Shown here piece by piece: positions 37,260 through 49,649 of a stretch of 64,000 bases of DNA. A program made the position numbers and the translations under genes. Under the pieces are notes generated by a model, which searched no databases, was not told the DNA's origin, and worked only from the letters and a program-made list of their open reading frames with translations. The DNA comes from Neoechinorhynchus agilis. Taxonomy: Eukaryota > Animalia > Acanthocephala. The number at the start of each line of letters is the position of its first letter. The stretch's first letter is position 1. The DNA is taken from assembly GCA_051530055.1 (NCBI GenBank), contig CM121341.1, positions 9,464,784 to 9,528,783 of the forward strand. Direction: 5' to 3'.

Positions 37260-38430
37260 TTACAAACGGGACAATGCACGTCTCGGAACGAATCCTTTTC
37301 GATTATCCTGAGTATGCACAAGGCACCATTTCCCCGGACTGTCTAGTTGAATATCGTTTATAAGAGTAACCGAATCGCCCGAAACAAGTGAAATCTCTCT
37401 TGGGTCTTGAGCCTTGTATGCCTCCTTTGCAATATACTTTCTGGATGATTGACTAAAAAAGATTTTATTATCGTTAGTTAATGAGAAAATTAGTACAAAT
37501 TGAAAGCATTCTGAGAGATTGATTTGCACGACTGCAACATCTCCTCATTGAGTCGTTTGTAAAATGTAGGAGTTTGGATTGGTGTATTGAAGTAACCGTG
37601 TTGTAACTGTTCGTTTTCTCGCAATCGGAGGATTGTATTGCACAAACTCTCACTAGATGACGGGCTAATTGAGTAATTTTTGTTCACAAATGACACCCTA
37701 CTAAAAATTGCAAAAACAATTGCCGATTTATCCTCGGGCAAAAAGCAGCGAACCGTCCTTTCAAAAAAAGATGATTTTAAAATCGACCAATTGGTAAAAA
37801 ATGTGGATCTAATCTTCTTTTTTTGAAAAATCCCAACTTGCACACTTACTCCTCATTGCAAAGCCAAGTTCGTCCAAGATCTTTAAAAACTTTGCAATTT
37901 TTTGTTCCGAGATGTTTTAACAAGATTGATGTTGTGTTCGATGTGAAAACTGGTAACGGCACTTGTTTCACGTGGTCAAAAATGTCCAAGAACCTTGCCA
38001 CGTCAATTATTCGTTTGAACGTATTAAAGACGAGTACAAGGCGGGTTTTTAAATCAACGCCCGTTGAATCAGTGACAAGATCGCACTTTATGTTTTCTTA
38101 GACCGAAGTGTACTCTTGCATAGTGAACTTACTGCTGATTCGAAACAAATTTTGCAGCTTTCGAGAGCTTCTTTGAATTCGGGTCTTGTAGGGATGTTGA
38201 CTATAAAAGATTTTTTTGATGAAAATCCGCAATGGTGGCACAGTACCTTGTGAAATTGGCGTCTTCTTCTGTTTACTTTCATCGAAAAACGCAACCAAAT
38301 GCTTGACAAAAGAACGCATTCCGATTTGCTTATTTTCCTGCTGATTAGCGTCCTTCTTTACTTTTAAACTTGGCAAATGGGAAGTCCGGAGAAGGAAAGA
38401 CTGAATTCGCATGAAATGAGTGTGAAACAA
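37260..38430 (-). CDS. Multi-exon gene (possibly degraded) ending in an SH3 domain; possibly Dbl-family RhoGEF (DH-PH-SH3)
   Basis: SH3: YIAKEAYKAQDPREISLVSGDSVTLI..WCLV..RKGFVP. The upstream R..RCFL and PEFKEALE segments only weakly suggest PH/DH. One 41 nt gtaagt..ag intron joins frames near 37810-37850. Confidence 0.55.
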
Positions 38431-39656
38431 TTTATCAGCGATTTCTGATGCTAAAAATATGTAATGAGAATTTTTTTGTTAAATCACAAACAAACCAGTC
38501 TCGAGATTGGATTGCGTCGACGCATCTATTTTCTCTTGTTTAATTTCTTGAATACATTTGAGTTCATAGGGAACAATAGTCCGACTGTGCATTTTTTCTC
38601 ATGTAAAATAAGACTTTCCCTAAGATATCTTACCAAGAAAATTCCACTTTTTTTCGAATCGACGATACTAAATCACGATGCTATTTAGAAAAAAATCACT
38701 TTGGATCAGCAAATACAAAAAACATCGAAAATACTTCTTGGTCGAGAATTTCAAAAATTAAAACTTTAATATAAGCATCCGAGTTTAGACCAATAACCAT
38801 TCTATTAAATTCAACATCAAACACTGTACAAATATCAGCAGTTGAGAAAGTGTCCAAAATTGTCTAAATTATTATACTGGTTTAAACTTTTTTTAGAAAA
38901 AGGAAAATACCTTCTGATCACAATCTGTTAGAGTTACAATATTTCCGTCCACGAGCATAATCATCGCTTCACCATGATTTACGGATCTCAATGAGTTTAT
39001 AACCTTTTCAATTTTACTTAGATAATTTCCATTTTCTGCAAATGACACAATAATGGAAGGTTAAACCCGGTTAAAATAAACTAACTGGACGATAGACGGA
39101 ATTCTGCCAATTTCAAAACAGTCGAATATCTGTAGTCATTTGCAGAGACGAGAGCTTTGTTGTCATTACTGCAAGATATCATAATCTCGACAAAAAACCC
39201 TTATCCACTTTTATTTTACCTAAACTGGCGTTCGCATGATATTTGCGTCACATTAAAATCGATTTAGTTTTTACTCGGGCAAGAATTTAAATTATTTTAA
39301 ATATTGTAAAATCTCCTTTAGTCCGATTTTTCCAATCAAAAAACAATTAACACGAGAATACAGGACTCAAATACTTTTAAAAAATATATCAATAAGTCGA
39401 TTTAAACTTAGCGAAGAATAAAATAAGACGTTATTCCGCTCGGTAGTTACAGAGAATTAAGCGTTTACGCTATTCTCAAAGCCCCTTCGAACCCCTTTCA
39501 AATCAGGGTTTAAATAAAATCAAAGTTAACTAAATAAGAAATAAAAAAATTGATAAGCACCAAGATTGCAAGATATTTCTCGTTTTAAAGACGTTCTTTA
39601 AGTGTTAAAATCACATCACCTGTTCCTGGGGGACAGTCCACCACCAAGTAGTCCAA

Positions 39657-41490
39657 TTGTTGATTTCGCAAGCGCCCGTACAGATTTAAGCGATTTTCGC
39701 TTCAGCTTCCAATCGACATGATATTTCCAGTCTAGTTTTGTGAAATACTACTTGACTTTTCTGCCACGTGATTGATCAAGTTTGTTTTTAATACGAAACT
39801 TGGCTGGGCTGTTGACAAAGAAAATAAAAAAATCTTGATTTCCGAACATTCGCCATCTTACGGCTTCTTCAGGAATCTAAAAAGGCGTGTGGGGTTGTGA
39901 ATTGTGTTAAACTATCGACATTAAAATGTAGAAAGTTCGTCTCGCTCGTTTAAAAGTTCTGGGGTGTTGCCGAACTGATGTCCAGAACTCTCTCTCGCAT
40001 AGTCCTAGGAGACACCTTCACTTTCCAACCGCCGGTGTATAAGCAGTACCTCGGCAATCGGTATTCCACCGAATCCTTTACCACAGACCGAACTCGTATG
40101 GAGAGTTACTCTGTCGCAATGGATTTCGGAGCGGTTCTTTTGTTTACGGTGTAGCCATAATACTGCATCCGGATTCAGTGTGTTGGGAACTTGTACGGTC
40201 CAACGTTAACGCACGCGATGACCATTTGCGCCCACGGAATTCCCTGGACATGTTTCTGGCGTTTCGTGATGTTCAGTTCTCGTTAGGATTCGTCTAAGTG
40301 TAAGCACACTTCTGTGGAAAATCCGGGCATCCATTCTAATCATGGCAGATTCTTTAGAACTTCACTTGGAAACTTTTCGATGATATATGGAATCTTGAGA
40401 ATCGGTTTCCTCCATATCGATTCCCACAACGATCATCGTTCCGTTTCGCGTCTTTTGAATTACTTGGCGGCAAGATCTCTTTTTTCGTGTATATCCATTA
40501 TGAGCGAAAATTCCGTTTATTCTGTCTATCGCCAATCGTTTCTCCGTTAACGACGATGAACAAACCAGTGCTGTAATGTACATCTCAGCGTAAATTGCTT
40601 GTTTCATCACGGAAAAATGATGGAAATCTCGATGCATGACTCCGCTTTTAGAGTTTGCGATATAAATTGAAATCCGTGACCTGATTAACTCTGAAACACA
40701 AATTCAGTATGGCAGATAATCCGGTGGTTTGTCTCGCATCACCTTAATCCCTCCAGTAGGATCCATAGAATTCAACCCCTTGGTCATCGACCTCACAATC
40801 CTCTCTGTAGGTTAATAGCTCATCATCCAGATAGCGGAGGTAAATTTGGCTCGATGTTTAATGTGGGAAGATGCACTGCTTTTACAAATCACCGAGGAAA
40901 ATTATTGCCAAAACGGGAGCAATGCTGTTTCCCATTGACAGCCCATGGATTTATCTATAAAGTCGGTCGTTATATCTAAAGAACCTGCAATCTAAAACCA
41001 GTCAAAAGAGTCGAATCACGTCCGTCGGTAACAGTCCAAATAGATTTAATGTTTTCTGGAGGGATATAAAGCTAATTTTAGCTTGAAACTTCCAGCCAGC
41101 GACGTGATAAAAATCAATATAAAAAATCAATAAAAAAAGGGTTCAAGCGGATAATTAGTCCCTGAACTTCGGGTTTGGCGATCCCGCGCACTCGAGCATA
41201 AATCGTAATACGGAAAACCTATTTTTAGATGACTGAAGAGGCGAGGATACCTCGCGAAATATTTCGAATAAATAAAATATGTAATGACCGGGATTATTCT
41301 CACCGAAAGTGTAATTCCAAGAAGCTTCAATAACCCGCAGCAAATCCAATGATTCAAAATTTTGTGATATAATGCGACATCCAATGTTAATCTCCGATAT
41401 AATTTGCCCAAATCATACCGCAAACGGTTCATGCGATCAAAATTGTTCATGAAAGCACGGACTTGTTTGCCCGATTTGCTGTTTTTATGC
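39657..41490 (-). mobile_element. Penelope element (second family), decayed RT and 3' pLTR, facing outward
   Basis: GLSMGNSIAPVLAII; YLRYLDD; LNSM; KQAIYAEMY..ALVCSS..NGY; hammerhead at 39837-39877. Confidence 0.88.
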
Positions 41491-41502
41491 ACTTCATTCC
41501 GA

Positions 41503-43480
41503 TTAATCGTTATCGACTCAATCGGTAATGCGAAATTTTTTATTTTTCTTATCTATAAACGCGAATAAAATGTAATCAGCGCTAAAAATAAACTTTCCCG
41601 GTTTTGTTATAAGACAAATTCCGGAATCGAAGCCTTAAACGTTTTAAGGCCCCACAAATTCTATATTCAGCACAAGAGCTAAAAATCTAATGCTAATTTG
41701 TAGAAATTTGGGCTACAAAAATTACCAAAATAAATCGATTTAGGAGAGGTTCATTTAGGATGCATCCATGGTTTTTGAAGGCGATATCTATCGGCGTTTT
41801 TAAAAACTTTTTAATCGTTATCGACTCAATCGGTAATGCGAAATTTTTTATTTTTCTTATCTATAAACGCGAATAAAATGTAATCAGGGTTAAAAATAAA
41901 CTTTCCCGGTTTTGTTATGAGACAAATTCCGGAATCGAAGCCTTAAACGTTTTAAGGCCCCACAAATTCTATATTCAGCACAAGCCTAATGCTAAAAATC
42001 TAATGCTAATTTTAGAAATTTAAGCTACAAAAATAAACAAAATAAATCGATTTAGGAGAGGTTCATTTAGGATGCATCCATGGTTTTTTGAAGACGATAT
42101 CTATCGGCGTTTTTGAAAAACTTTTTAATCGTTATCGACTCAATCGGTAATGCGAAATTTTTTATTTTTTCTTATCTATAAACGCGAATAAAATGTATTT
42201 AAACTTTCCCGGTTTTATTATGCAAATGCCGGAATGGAAGCTTTAAGCGGTTTGAGGCCCCACAAATTCTATATTCAGCACAGGAGCTAAAAATCTAATG
42301 CTAATTTGGCGAAATTTAAGCTACAAAAATTAAATCGATAACAGAGGTTCATTTAGGATGAAGGCGATATCTATCGGCGTTTTTAAAAACCTTTTAGTCG
42401 TAATCGACTCAATCGGTAATGCGAAATTTTTTATTTTTCTTATCTATAAACGCGAATAAAATGTAATCAGGGCTAAAAATAAACTTTCCCGGTTTTATTA
42501 TGAGACAAATGCCGGAATGGAAGCTTTAAGCGGTTTGAGGCCCCACAAATTCTATATTCAGCACAGGAGCTAAAAATCTAATGCTAATTTGTAGAAATTT
42601 AGGTTACAGATATGAAATAAATAAATCAATTTAGGACAGGTTCATTTAGGATGCATCCATGGTTTTTGAAGGCGATATCTATCGGCGTTTTTAAAAACCT
42701 TTTAGTCGTTATCGACTCAATCGGTAATGCGAAATTTTTTATTTTTCTTATCTATAAACGCGAATAAAATGTAATCAGCGCTAAAAATAAACTTCCCGGT
42801 TTTATTATGAGACAAATTCTGGAATCGAAGCCTTAAAAGTTTTGAGGCCCCACAAATTCTATATTCAGCACAAGAGCTAAAAATCTAATGCTAATTTGTA
42901 GAAATTTGGGTTACAAAAATTACCAAAATAAATCAATTTAGGAGTGGTTCATTTAGGATGCATCCATGGTTTTTGAAGACGATATCTATCGGCGTTTTTA
43001 AAAACTTTTTAGTCGTTATCGACTCAATCGGTAATGCGAAATTTTTTATTTTTCTTATCTATAAACGCGAATAAAATGTAATCAGGGCTAAAAATAAACT
43101 TTCCCGGTTTTGTTATGAGACAAATGCCGGAATGGAAGCTTTAAACGGTTTGAGGCCCCACAAATTCTGTATTCAGCACAGGAGCTAAAAATCCAATGCA
43201 AATTTGTAGAAATTTAGGCTACAAAAATTACCAAAATAAATCGATTTAGGAGAGGTTCATATAGGATGCATCCATGATTTTTGAAGACGATATCTATCGG
43301 CGTTTTTGAAAAACTTTTTAATCGTTATCGACTCAATCGGCAATGCGATAATTCTTATTTTTTCTTGTCTAAAAACGCGAATAAAATGTAATCAGGGCTA
43401 AAAATAAACTTCCCCGGTTTTGTTATAAGACAAATGCCGGAATCGAAGCTTTAAACGGTTTGAGGCCCCACAAATTCTAC
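41503..43480. repeat. Tandem array, ~308 bp monomer (~6.5 copies)
   Basis: Unit starts at 41503, 41811, 42125, 42394, 42702, 43009 and 43318. Confidence 0.97.
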
Positions 43481-43573
43481 ATTCGTCTCAGCAGATGTTA
43501 ATGCGATTTAATTGCCATATCAAACTGCCATCCATGGTCTTTCACTCAATATTGATGGACCGGCAAAGTCAAA

Positions 43574-43710
43574 CGTACAACAATTTCAAGATTAGAAACG
43601 TTGTTATGAGGATTAGGAACAAGGAATTCCTTTTCAAAAGTATTCGGGAAAGGGAAGAGATCCCGCCGGAGAAAGTCTTGTGAAGAGGCTTATACGGGAA
43701 CATGAAAACT
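43574..43710 (+). pseudogene. 3' remnant of the TFIIA-L-like gene in the left arm
   Basis: FKIRNVVMRIRNKEFLFK matches the reverse complement of 47814-47950; upstream exons are missing. Confidence 0.85.
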
Positions 43711-44179
43711 GAATATAACCTTTTTGTTAGAATTATACACTTAATAAATAGAATGTTGCTAGCACGGTTAAGAATTTTTGCAATGAAACATAATTTGATG
43801 CCTTTTAGAAATGGTGGAGAATCGCTTTAATGAACTTTTCGCTAGGTGTTTGCTACTGCGAGTATATCGGTCATTTCATTTTTGGATGTTATTTTTATTT
43901 GGGCGGCTACAAAGCAAAGGTTTTCAATAAATCAGTAACAAATACTAAACGCCACTAAATAAGATTCCAAATATTCTGATGATCTCTATTTAACAGTAAT
44001 TAAGAGGCATAATATTTATTAGACAGCTACCAATAGAAATGTTCACGTGGTAACGTGAGAAGCGGGCCTAACACTAACAAATAAGTTTATCAACAGCTTC
44101 GGTTTACTATTTATTAACAGTTCGAAGAAACACACGATCGTATCTCCTTCAATTGCGATATTTTACAACTTAAAGAGAG

Positions 44180-44719
44180 ATGCAACGACGGATCAGTGAT
44201 CACTCACCAATCTTCAAGAGATCAAAACAGTCTTGGCCACGTTCAAATCGAATCGAAACTCATCAACAATCAACAAAATATCACCAAACACGAAACAGAG
44301 ACCGAAATCAAATGCCAGTTTTCGAGCGTCGAGGCGATCATTCAACATGGCACTCACGAAATGTTAGCCAGCGACGGCAAGATAATGAAAGTAATTTTTA
44401 TGAACCTCAATGGAGAGCCAATCGAAATTCTAATTATCGACCATCATCACACAACCGAAATTATCAAAGATATCGAAATTACTGGCAGGAAACAAGACAG
44501 GACAATCGCACGAAGCAAGAGCGTGAAACAAGACCGTGGTCGCCAGAATTCAATAGAAGGAAGCAATTTCAAAAAAGAGCTTCGCGACAACAGAACGATT
44601 TTCCGATCCGAAAACGTCCTCGAGTGACATTGGAGTTCCTCGACAAACAACCTTTCGTCACATTTGAAAAATGTTGTTTTATATTGATTTATATTTTTAT
44701 ATATCGATTAGTGACATAA
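44180..44719 (+). pseudogene. Copy of the R-rich UBM-like gene, truncated inside its C-terminal motif
   Basis: Near-identical to 46793-47347 up to VTLEFLDKQ (44650), then reads into unrelated sequence. Confidence 0.8.
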
Positions 44720-45270
44720 AGAATTGTTAGTAAACATATTGGTGTGTGTGGTGCCGAGACTGGCGGTTGTGACTTAATAAAAACCAGTTATTGAAATCCA
44801 CGGAGAACACAACAATTGGCGACGAGAGTAAAGCGGATATGGCAAAAGAGTTGATGCAGATGCCAAGGGAAGAACAATCACGGAAGCTTTTCTTGAATCG
44901 TATGAGGGGAGTCAACCGATAGCGAAGAAAATTCTAAAGGAAAAGTTTTGTCTTGACCAAGACTTTGTGGTGGCATTTGAAGAATGGTGCCAGCAGACAG
45001 GCGCTAACCATGTTCCCGTGAATGGCCTCAGACAGTCGATCTGAGACAGACCTCTCGTCGCGAGAGCTTACAGCTCTCTACTTTCACGACAAACGAGACC
45101 GTGTCGCTCGAAAGCGTCAACCAAAGACGGGAGACCAAGTCTTTAGGACTGCGATCATCGTTACCTCATCAGTGGAAGAGCTCCCACAGATGCCAGAGGA
45201 ACAGTCTCCAACCACGCCTCGATTCTGCCAGTGCGTTCTTTATCAGAAATAACGCTTCGTGAGCCGAGAG
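44672..45270 (+). mobile_element. Internally deleted Gypsy derivative: 143 bp LTR, PBS, gag start joined to integrase pieces
   Basis: tgttg...aataaa...caaca (44672-44814); TGGCGACGAG at 44817; QDFVVAFEEWCQQTGANH..NGL resembles the integrase core. Confidence 0.7.
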
Positions 45271-45275
45271 AGCGC

Positions 45276-45600
45276 TCACCCTATCGCACAGCAACAAAAG
45301 TTTCGGTATCTCAGCTTCCACATTTGAATCAAAGACGCAACTACCCAGGAGCTGAGTTGCTCTGGAGTCACGAGTTTCAGACCTGGAGCTACGGCCTCGA
45401 ACCCATACATCAGATCCTTGACTTTGGAGGTGTCCTCGATATTAAATACTGGGCGCTCACACTTTCCAGCATTAAGATCAACGCCCAATGTCGCAGTCTC
45501 CTCAATCAGCGTCTCCAAATCGCGCAGTACAACGGAGGGATCACCTCCGAGCGCAGCGTCATCCAAGTCAGTGGCATTCATTCGATCTGAATTCGTTGAT
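45276..45600 (-). mobile_element. CRE-clade RT fragment
   Basis: LDDAALGGDPSVVLRDL..LGVDLNAGKCE resembles YLDDGTLGG..LGLxLNxxKCE. Confidence 0.8.
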
Positions 45601-46792
45601 GATTTTTGCTATAATCTTTTACGCTGGACACTTGGAAATTCAAAATGCCCGGTTCGCCATTATCACAAGAGAACCCCGACTATCACGGGCATCTTTAAAA
45701 GAAAGGCTTAGAAAAATACTAGCTCGGATCTAGTATACCGCGCATAAATTGACAAAAGAGCTGTTCAAAAAATTTCAAAGAGAGGAATTCGAAATGATCA
45801 ATTACAAAATCGTGCTCCACCACCTGATGATATGAACATCGCAGATTTCTTTAAAAAGTCGTTTGAGAGTATTAATCACGACCTCGGAATAAGTGAGGAT
45901 GGTCAAGCTCCACAGGTCGAGCTAAGAAGAGTTCCAGGATTATAGAGCAAGCGTGTGTGTGTCGTAATCTCAATCAGATCAGAGTTGAACAGGTAGTTTT
46001 AACTGCGATTGGCCTAATCGGTATTGTAAGTATTGAAACTTTAGGTCAAACGATCGGTGATTTAAGGGACTTCTATCATTCAAGTACTGACCCAGTCAGT
46101 TGTTTCTGCGTTTAAGGATCCCGAAACAGCTTTATAGATAATCATTAGGCTAATCTCTCACTATTTAAAACAGGTCTTAGATTATAATCCTTAGACATTG
46201 TTCCCAGTACCTCGTTCTGGATGTTTGGCATTGCCTGTCTTTTCTCAGTATCTAAAATTTCTATCCGCTTTTCTGACTACAGTGTCCATGAGTTGTTCGG
46301 CTACATCATCATCTCCGTCTAAAGCGTTTTCTGCTAAGTTGTATAAGGGAGATGAAAGTGATTGAACTTTTTCTCTTTTGAAAAATTATTATGCTTTTTT
46401 AATCGATTGCACAAGTATTCCGCTCCTTTGCATTCTCAGGGAATTAAATTTCGAACTTTAAACGCGAGTCGCATTATTTTTAAATTGATCCTATCTAAAA
46501 TTGCAGTCATCTACTGATTGTCTATAATCTGCATTCTGGAAAATTGTTCAGTGACCTAGAACGCTTCTTATGAAAATTAAACTATGGTGGCTGTGGTTTC
46601 AAACAGGTATTAAGCTTTACACTTAATGCATTCAAAATGTTCAACTTGCTACCCTATTGAACGTAAAGGCATGATATTTTAGACTGTAATTTTAATTTAA
46701 CAGTCTTCCACAATCAACCATCGTTATTATGACTTTTATTAAAAAAAGTCTAAGCCCCATGCTGACATATACAGCTTTGAATTATATAAAGT

Positions 46793-47347
46793 CTACGGTT
46801 TTTCATTTTTCTCCGAAGTAGCCTCTTGTGCAGGTCCCATCGCCATTCGCTCCCTTGCACATTTGGCCATGTAGTCATCCAATTGTTTGTCGAGGAACTC
46901 CAATGTCACTCGAGGACGTTTTCTGATCGGAAAATTGTTTCGTTCCCGTAACTCTCTTTTTCGAAATCGCTTCCTTCTATTGAATTCTGGCGACCACGGT
47001 CTTGTTTCACGCTCTTGGCGATTGTCCTGTCTTGTTTCCTGCCAGTAATTTCGATATCTTTGATAATTTCGGTTGTGTGATGATGGTCGATAATTAGAAT
47101 TTCGATTGGCTCTCCATTGAGGTTCATAAAAATTACTTTCATTATCTTGCCGTCGCTGGCTAACATTTCGTGAGTGCCATGTTGAATGATCGCCTCGACG
47201 CTCGAAAACTGGCATTTGATTTCGGTCTCTGTTTCGTGTTTGGTGATATTTTGTTGATTGTTGATGAGTTTCGATTCGATTTGAACGTGGCCAAGACTGT
47301 TTTGATCTCTTGAAGATTGGTGAGTGATCACTGATCCGTCGTTGCAT
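46793..47347 (-). CDS. Arg/Gln/Asn-rich 184 aa protein with C-terminal UAP56-binding-motif-like helix (ALYREF/CHTOP/UIF-like, no RRM)
   Basis: RPRVTLEFLDKQLDDYM resembles the xxEELDxxLDxYM UBM/FoP motif; preceded by a low-complexity R-rich region; intact ORF. Confidence 0.65.
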   Translation of the reverse strand: MQRRISDHSPIFKRSKQSWPRSNRIETHQQSTKYHQTRNRDRNQMPVFERRGDHSTWHSRNVSQRRQDNESNFYEPQWRANRNSNYRPSSHNRNYQRYRNYWQETRQDNRQERETRPWSPEFNRRKRFRKRELRERNNFPIRKRPRVTLEFLDKQLDDYMAKCARERMAMGPAQEATSEKNEKP

Positions 47348-47813
47348 CTCTCTTTAAGTTGTAAAATATCGCAATTGAAGGAGATACGATCGTGTGTTTC
47401 TTCGAACTGTTAATAAATAGTAAACCGAAGCTGTTGATAAACTTATTTGTTAGTGTTAGGCCCGCTTCTCACGTTACCACGTGAACATTTCTATTGGTAG
47501 CTGTCTAATAAATATTATGCCTCTTAATTACTGTTAAATAGAGATCATCAGAATATTTGGAATCTTATTTAGTGGCGTTTAGTATTTGTTACTGATTTAT
47601 TGAAAACCTTTGCTTTGTAGCCGCCCAAATAAAAATAACATCCAAAAATGAAATGACCGATATACTCGCAGTAGCAAACACCTAGCGAAAAGTTCATTAA
47701 AGCGATTCTCCACCATTTCTAAAGGCATCAAATTATGTTTCATTGCAAAAATTCTTAACCGTGTTAGCAACATTCTATTTATTAAGTGTATAATTCTAAC
47801 AAAAAGGTTATAT

Positions 47814-48822
47814 TCAGTTTTCATGTTCCCGTATAAGCCTCTTCACAAGACTTTCTCCTGCGGGATCTCTTCCTTTCCCGAATACTCCTTTGAAAAGGAA
47901 TTCCTTGTTCCTAATCCTCATAACAACGTTTCTAATCTTGAAATGTTGTACGTCCCATTTCATATATTTTGGTTCACTAATTCCAATAATTATATCATCG
48001 GTCTCAGGGTACTCTTCGACGTCTTCACCGCTCAGAGAATCTGCCGAATCAATCGTGATCCTTTCACTTTTATCAATTTCTACGTCTTCAATACTTTCTT
48101 CACTTGTATCACAAATGTCACTCTCTTCTATCTTGTTTTGCATTGAATCTTCTAAAGACAAATCACTACTATTTTGATTCATTGAGTCTCCAACACGAGT
48201 CCTAGCCTCCATCCTTCCTCTATTTACAGTTTCTATCTCGTTAGATCCATCGATATCACACGTATCGATTGAAGAGATGCTTACAAGGTCTTCCTCCATA
48301 TCCTCTAGCATTCTTCTATTTGAAATTAATACCTCACTCATTTCATTTATATTAGACGAATCGATTGAAGATATGCTTATAGCGTCGTCATCTTTGCTAA
48401 CTTCATTATTTGAACCGAATCTTTTAAATGGAGCAATTCTTTGCAGTACTTCATGATCTAAGCAAATTAGATTTTGTTACAATTGTTAAGAGTTCAAGCC
48501 GAACCTACCCGCTGGCCCACCAAAAGTTCCAGCCTTGATCAACAAATCAATCCATTTCTGGCGTAATATTAGCAAAACTTTAAAATGATAAATCTAAATT
48601 AACATACCTCCTTTAATTCCGCAATTTTGCCTGTCTCAATACCTCTCCTCGAGAATAACGGTTCTAGCCGTTTACCAACTTCCCGTATCGCCCCATAATA
48701 TTGATTTCTCTGCGGAAATTTAAATTTCTTATTAGATCAATAAAGATTTCTTTTACCGTTGTAGCTGATCTTCGACTTGTCGCAAAATGAATTGGCCTTT
48801 CACATCCCCTAGTTCTTCCCAT
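47814..48822 (-). CDS. TFIIA large subunit (GTF2A1/TOA1)-like, 4 exons, ~286 aa
   Basis: Exons 48822-48757, 48709-48608, 48557-48509 and 48457-47814, with GT-AG introns of 47, 50 and 51 nt, join in frame. N-terminal FSRRGIETGKIAELKEKWIDLL resembles FLDDGVDEQVLMELKTLWENKL; acidic linker; C-terminal FKIRNVVMRIRNKEFLFKGVFG resembles FHLKDGIMNLNGRDYIFSKAIG. Confidence 0.82.
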
Positions 48823-49258
48823 TATAAGATTTTATCGTCTTTGCTGAGCTTCCGGGATATTTTGTGGGTAACAAAGATACTATTTTTGAGTGGGTTTATC
48901 GATGTATATTAATGTTTTTGGAGAACCTTTTAGAACACAATATTTGTTGCAATCACAGCATATTGACGATCCTGAGCGTTTCTTCAAAATATGTTATTCA
49001 AAGACTAATTTTTTAGCACAAAAGCTTTTCCGCTAACCTTTTATTTAATATGAAGTTGCGTATTTTAAATGGAAAATGGGGCAGATTCGGCAATGAACTC
49101 TTCGTCGGCTCTGATCAACAGAAAATATTATTTATGTAATTTATCACTGGTAAACCAGATCTCCAATCAAAATAAACCCATCGATGTCGTTTTATTAAAA
49201 TTTAAATTTTCTATGTTAACCAAATGTTCGGTGCGGACGCCTACCGATTTTCAACTGT

Positions 49259-49640
49259 TTAGCTAAGAATTCTACCCCGATGTTTGATTGCGCGAGACAT
49301 AGAAGCCAATCGGAGTTCAATCGTAGCGTCTGCACTTTGATGGTCGCCGGATACTGCATTACAGACGTATATTCCTTCATTTTCTTTCCCGAAATTTGTG
49401 ATTGTAAACGCTCCGTTAGATTCCTGAGTGCTTTGAGGATGTGTAGGATTGGGTCGCATCACCCACGTGATCACGGCTCCTCCCTAAATAATTTCGCTCA
49501 TTTTGAAATATTCTCCTTTAGACCGGCATTTAAGGGTGACATTATCTCCTGCACTTATTGTTGACTTTGCCGGTCCATCAATATTGAGTGAAAGACCATG
49601 GATGGCAGTTTGATATGGCAATTAAATCGCATTAACATCT
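49259..49640 (-). pseudogene. Immunoglobulin I-set domain remnant
   Basis: STISAGDNVTLKC...VITWV...NGAFTITNFGKENEGIYVCNA; in-frame TAG between the parts with no canonical donor. Confidence 0.65.
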
Positions 49641-49649
49641 ACTGAGACG

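Larger units (their letters stand above)
39657..44650. repeat. Left arm of giant inverted repeat
   Basis: Reverse complement of 46883-53516, apart from ~1.6 kb absent here (junction at ~43574) and a non-homologous patch at 41317-41502. Confidence 0.95.

Noticed and set aside
41503-43480. CRISPR-like array (also considered for the 143 bp arrays)
   Set aside because: The units are whole-length tandem repeats with no unique spacers, there are no cas genes, and the context is eukaryotic.
44196-44627. Overlapping 143 aa ORF (mirror 46906-47331)
   Set aside because: An alternative frame of the R-rich gene with no motif; the other frame carries the UBM-like terminus.
45600-46790. Coding or TE identity for the rest of the palindrome spacer
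   Set aside because: Only short broken frames are present, with no motif strong enough to call.
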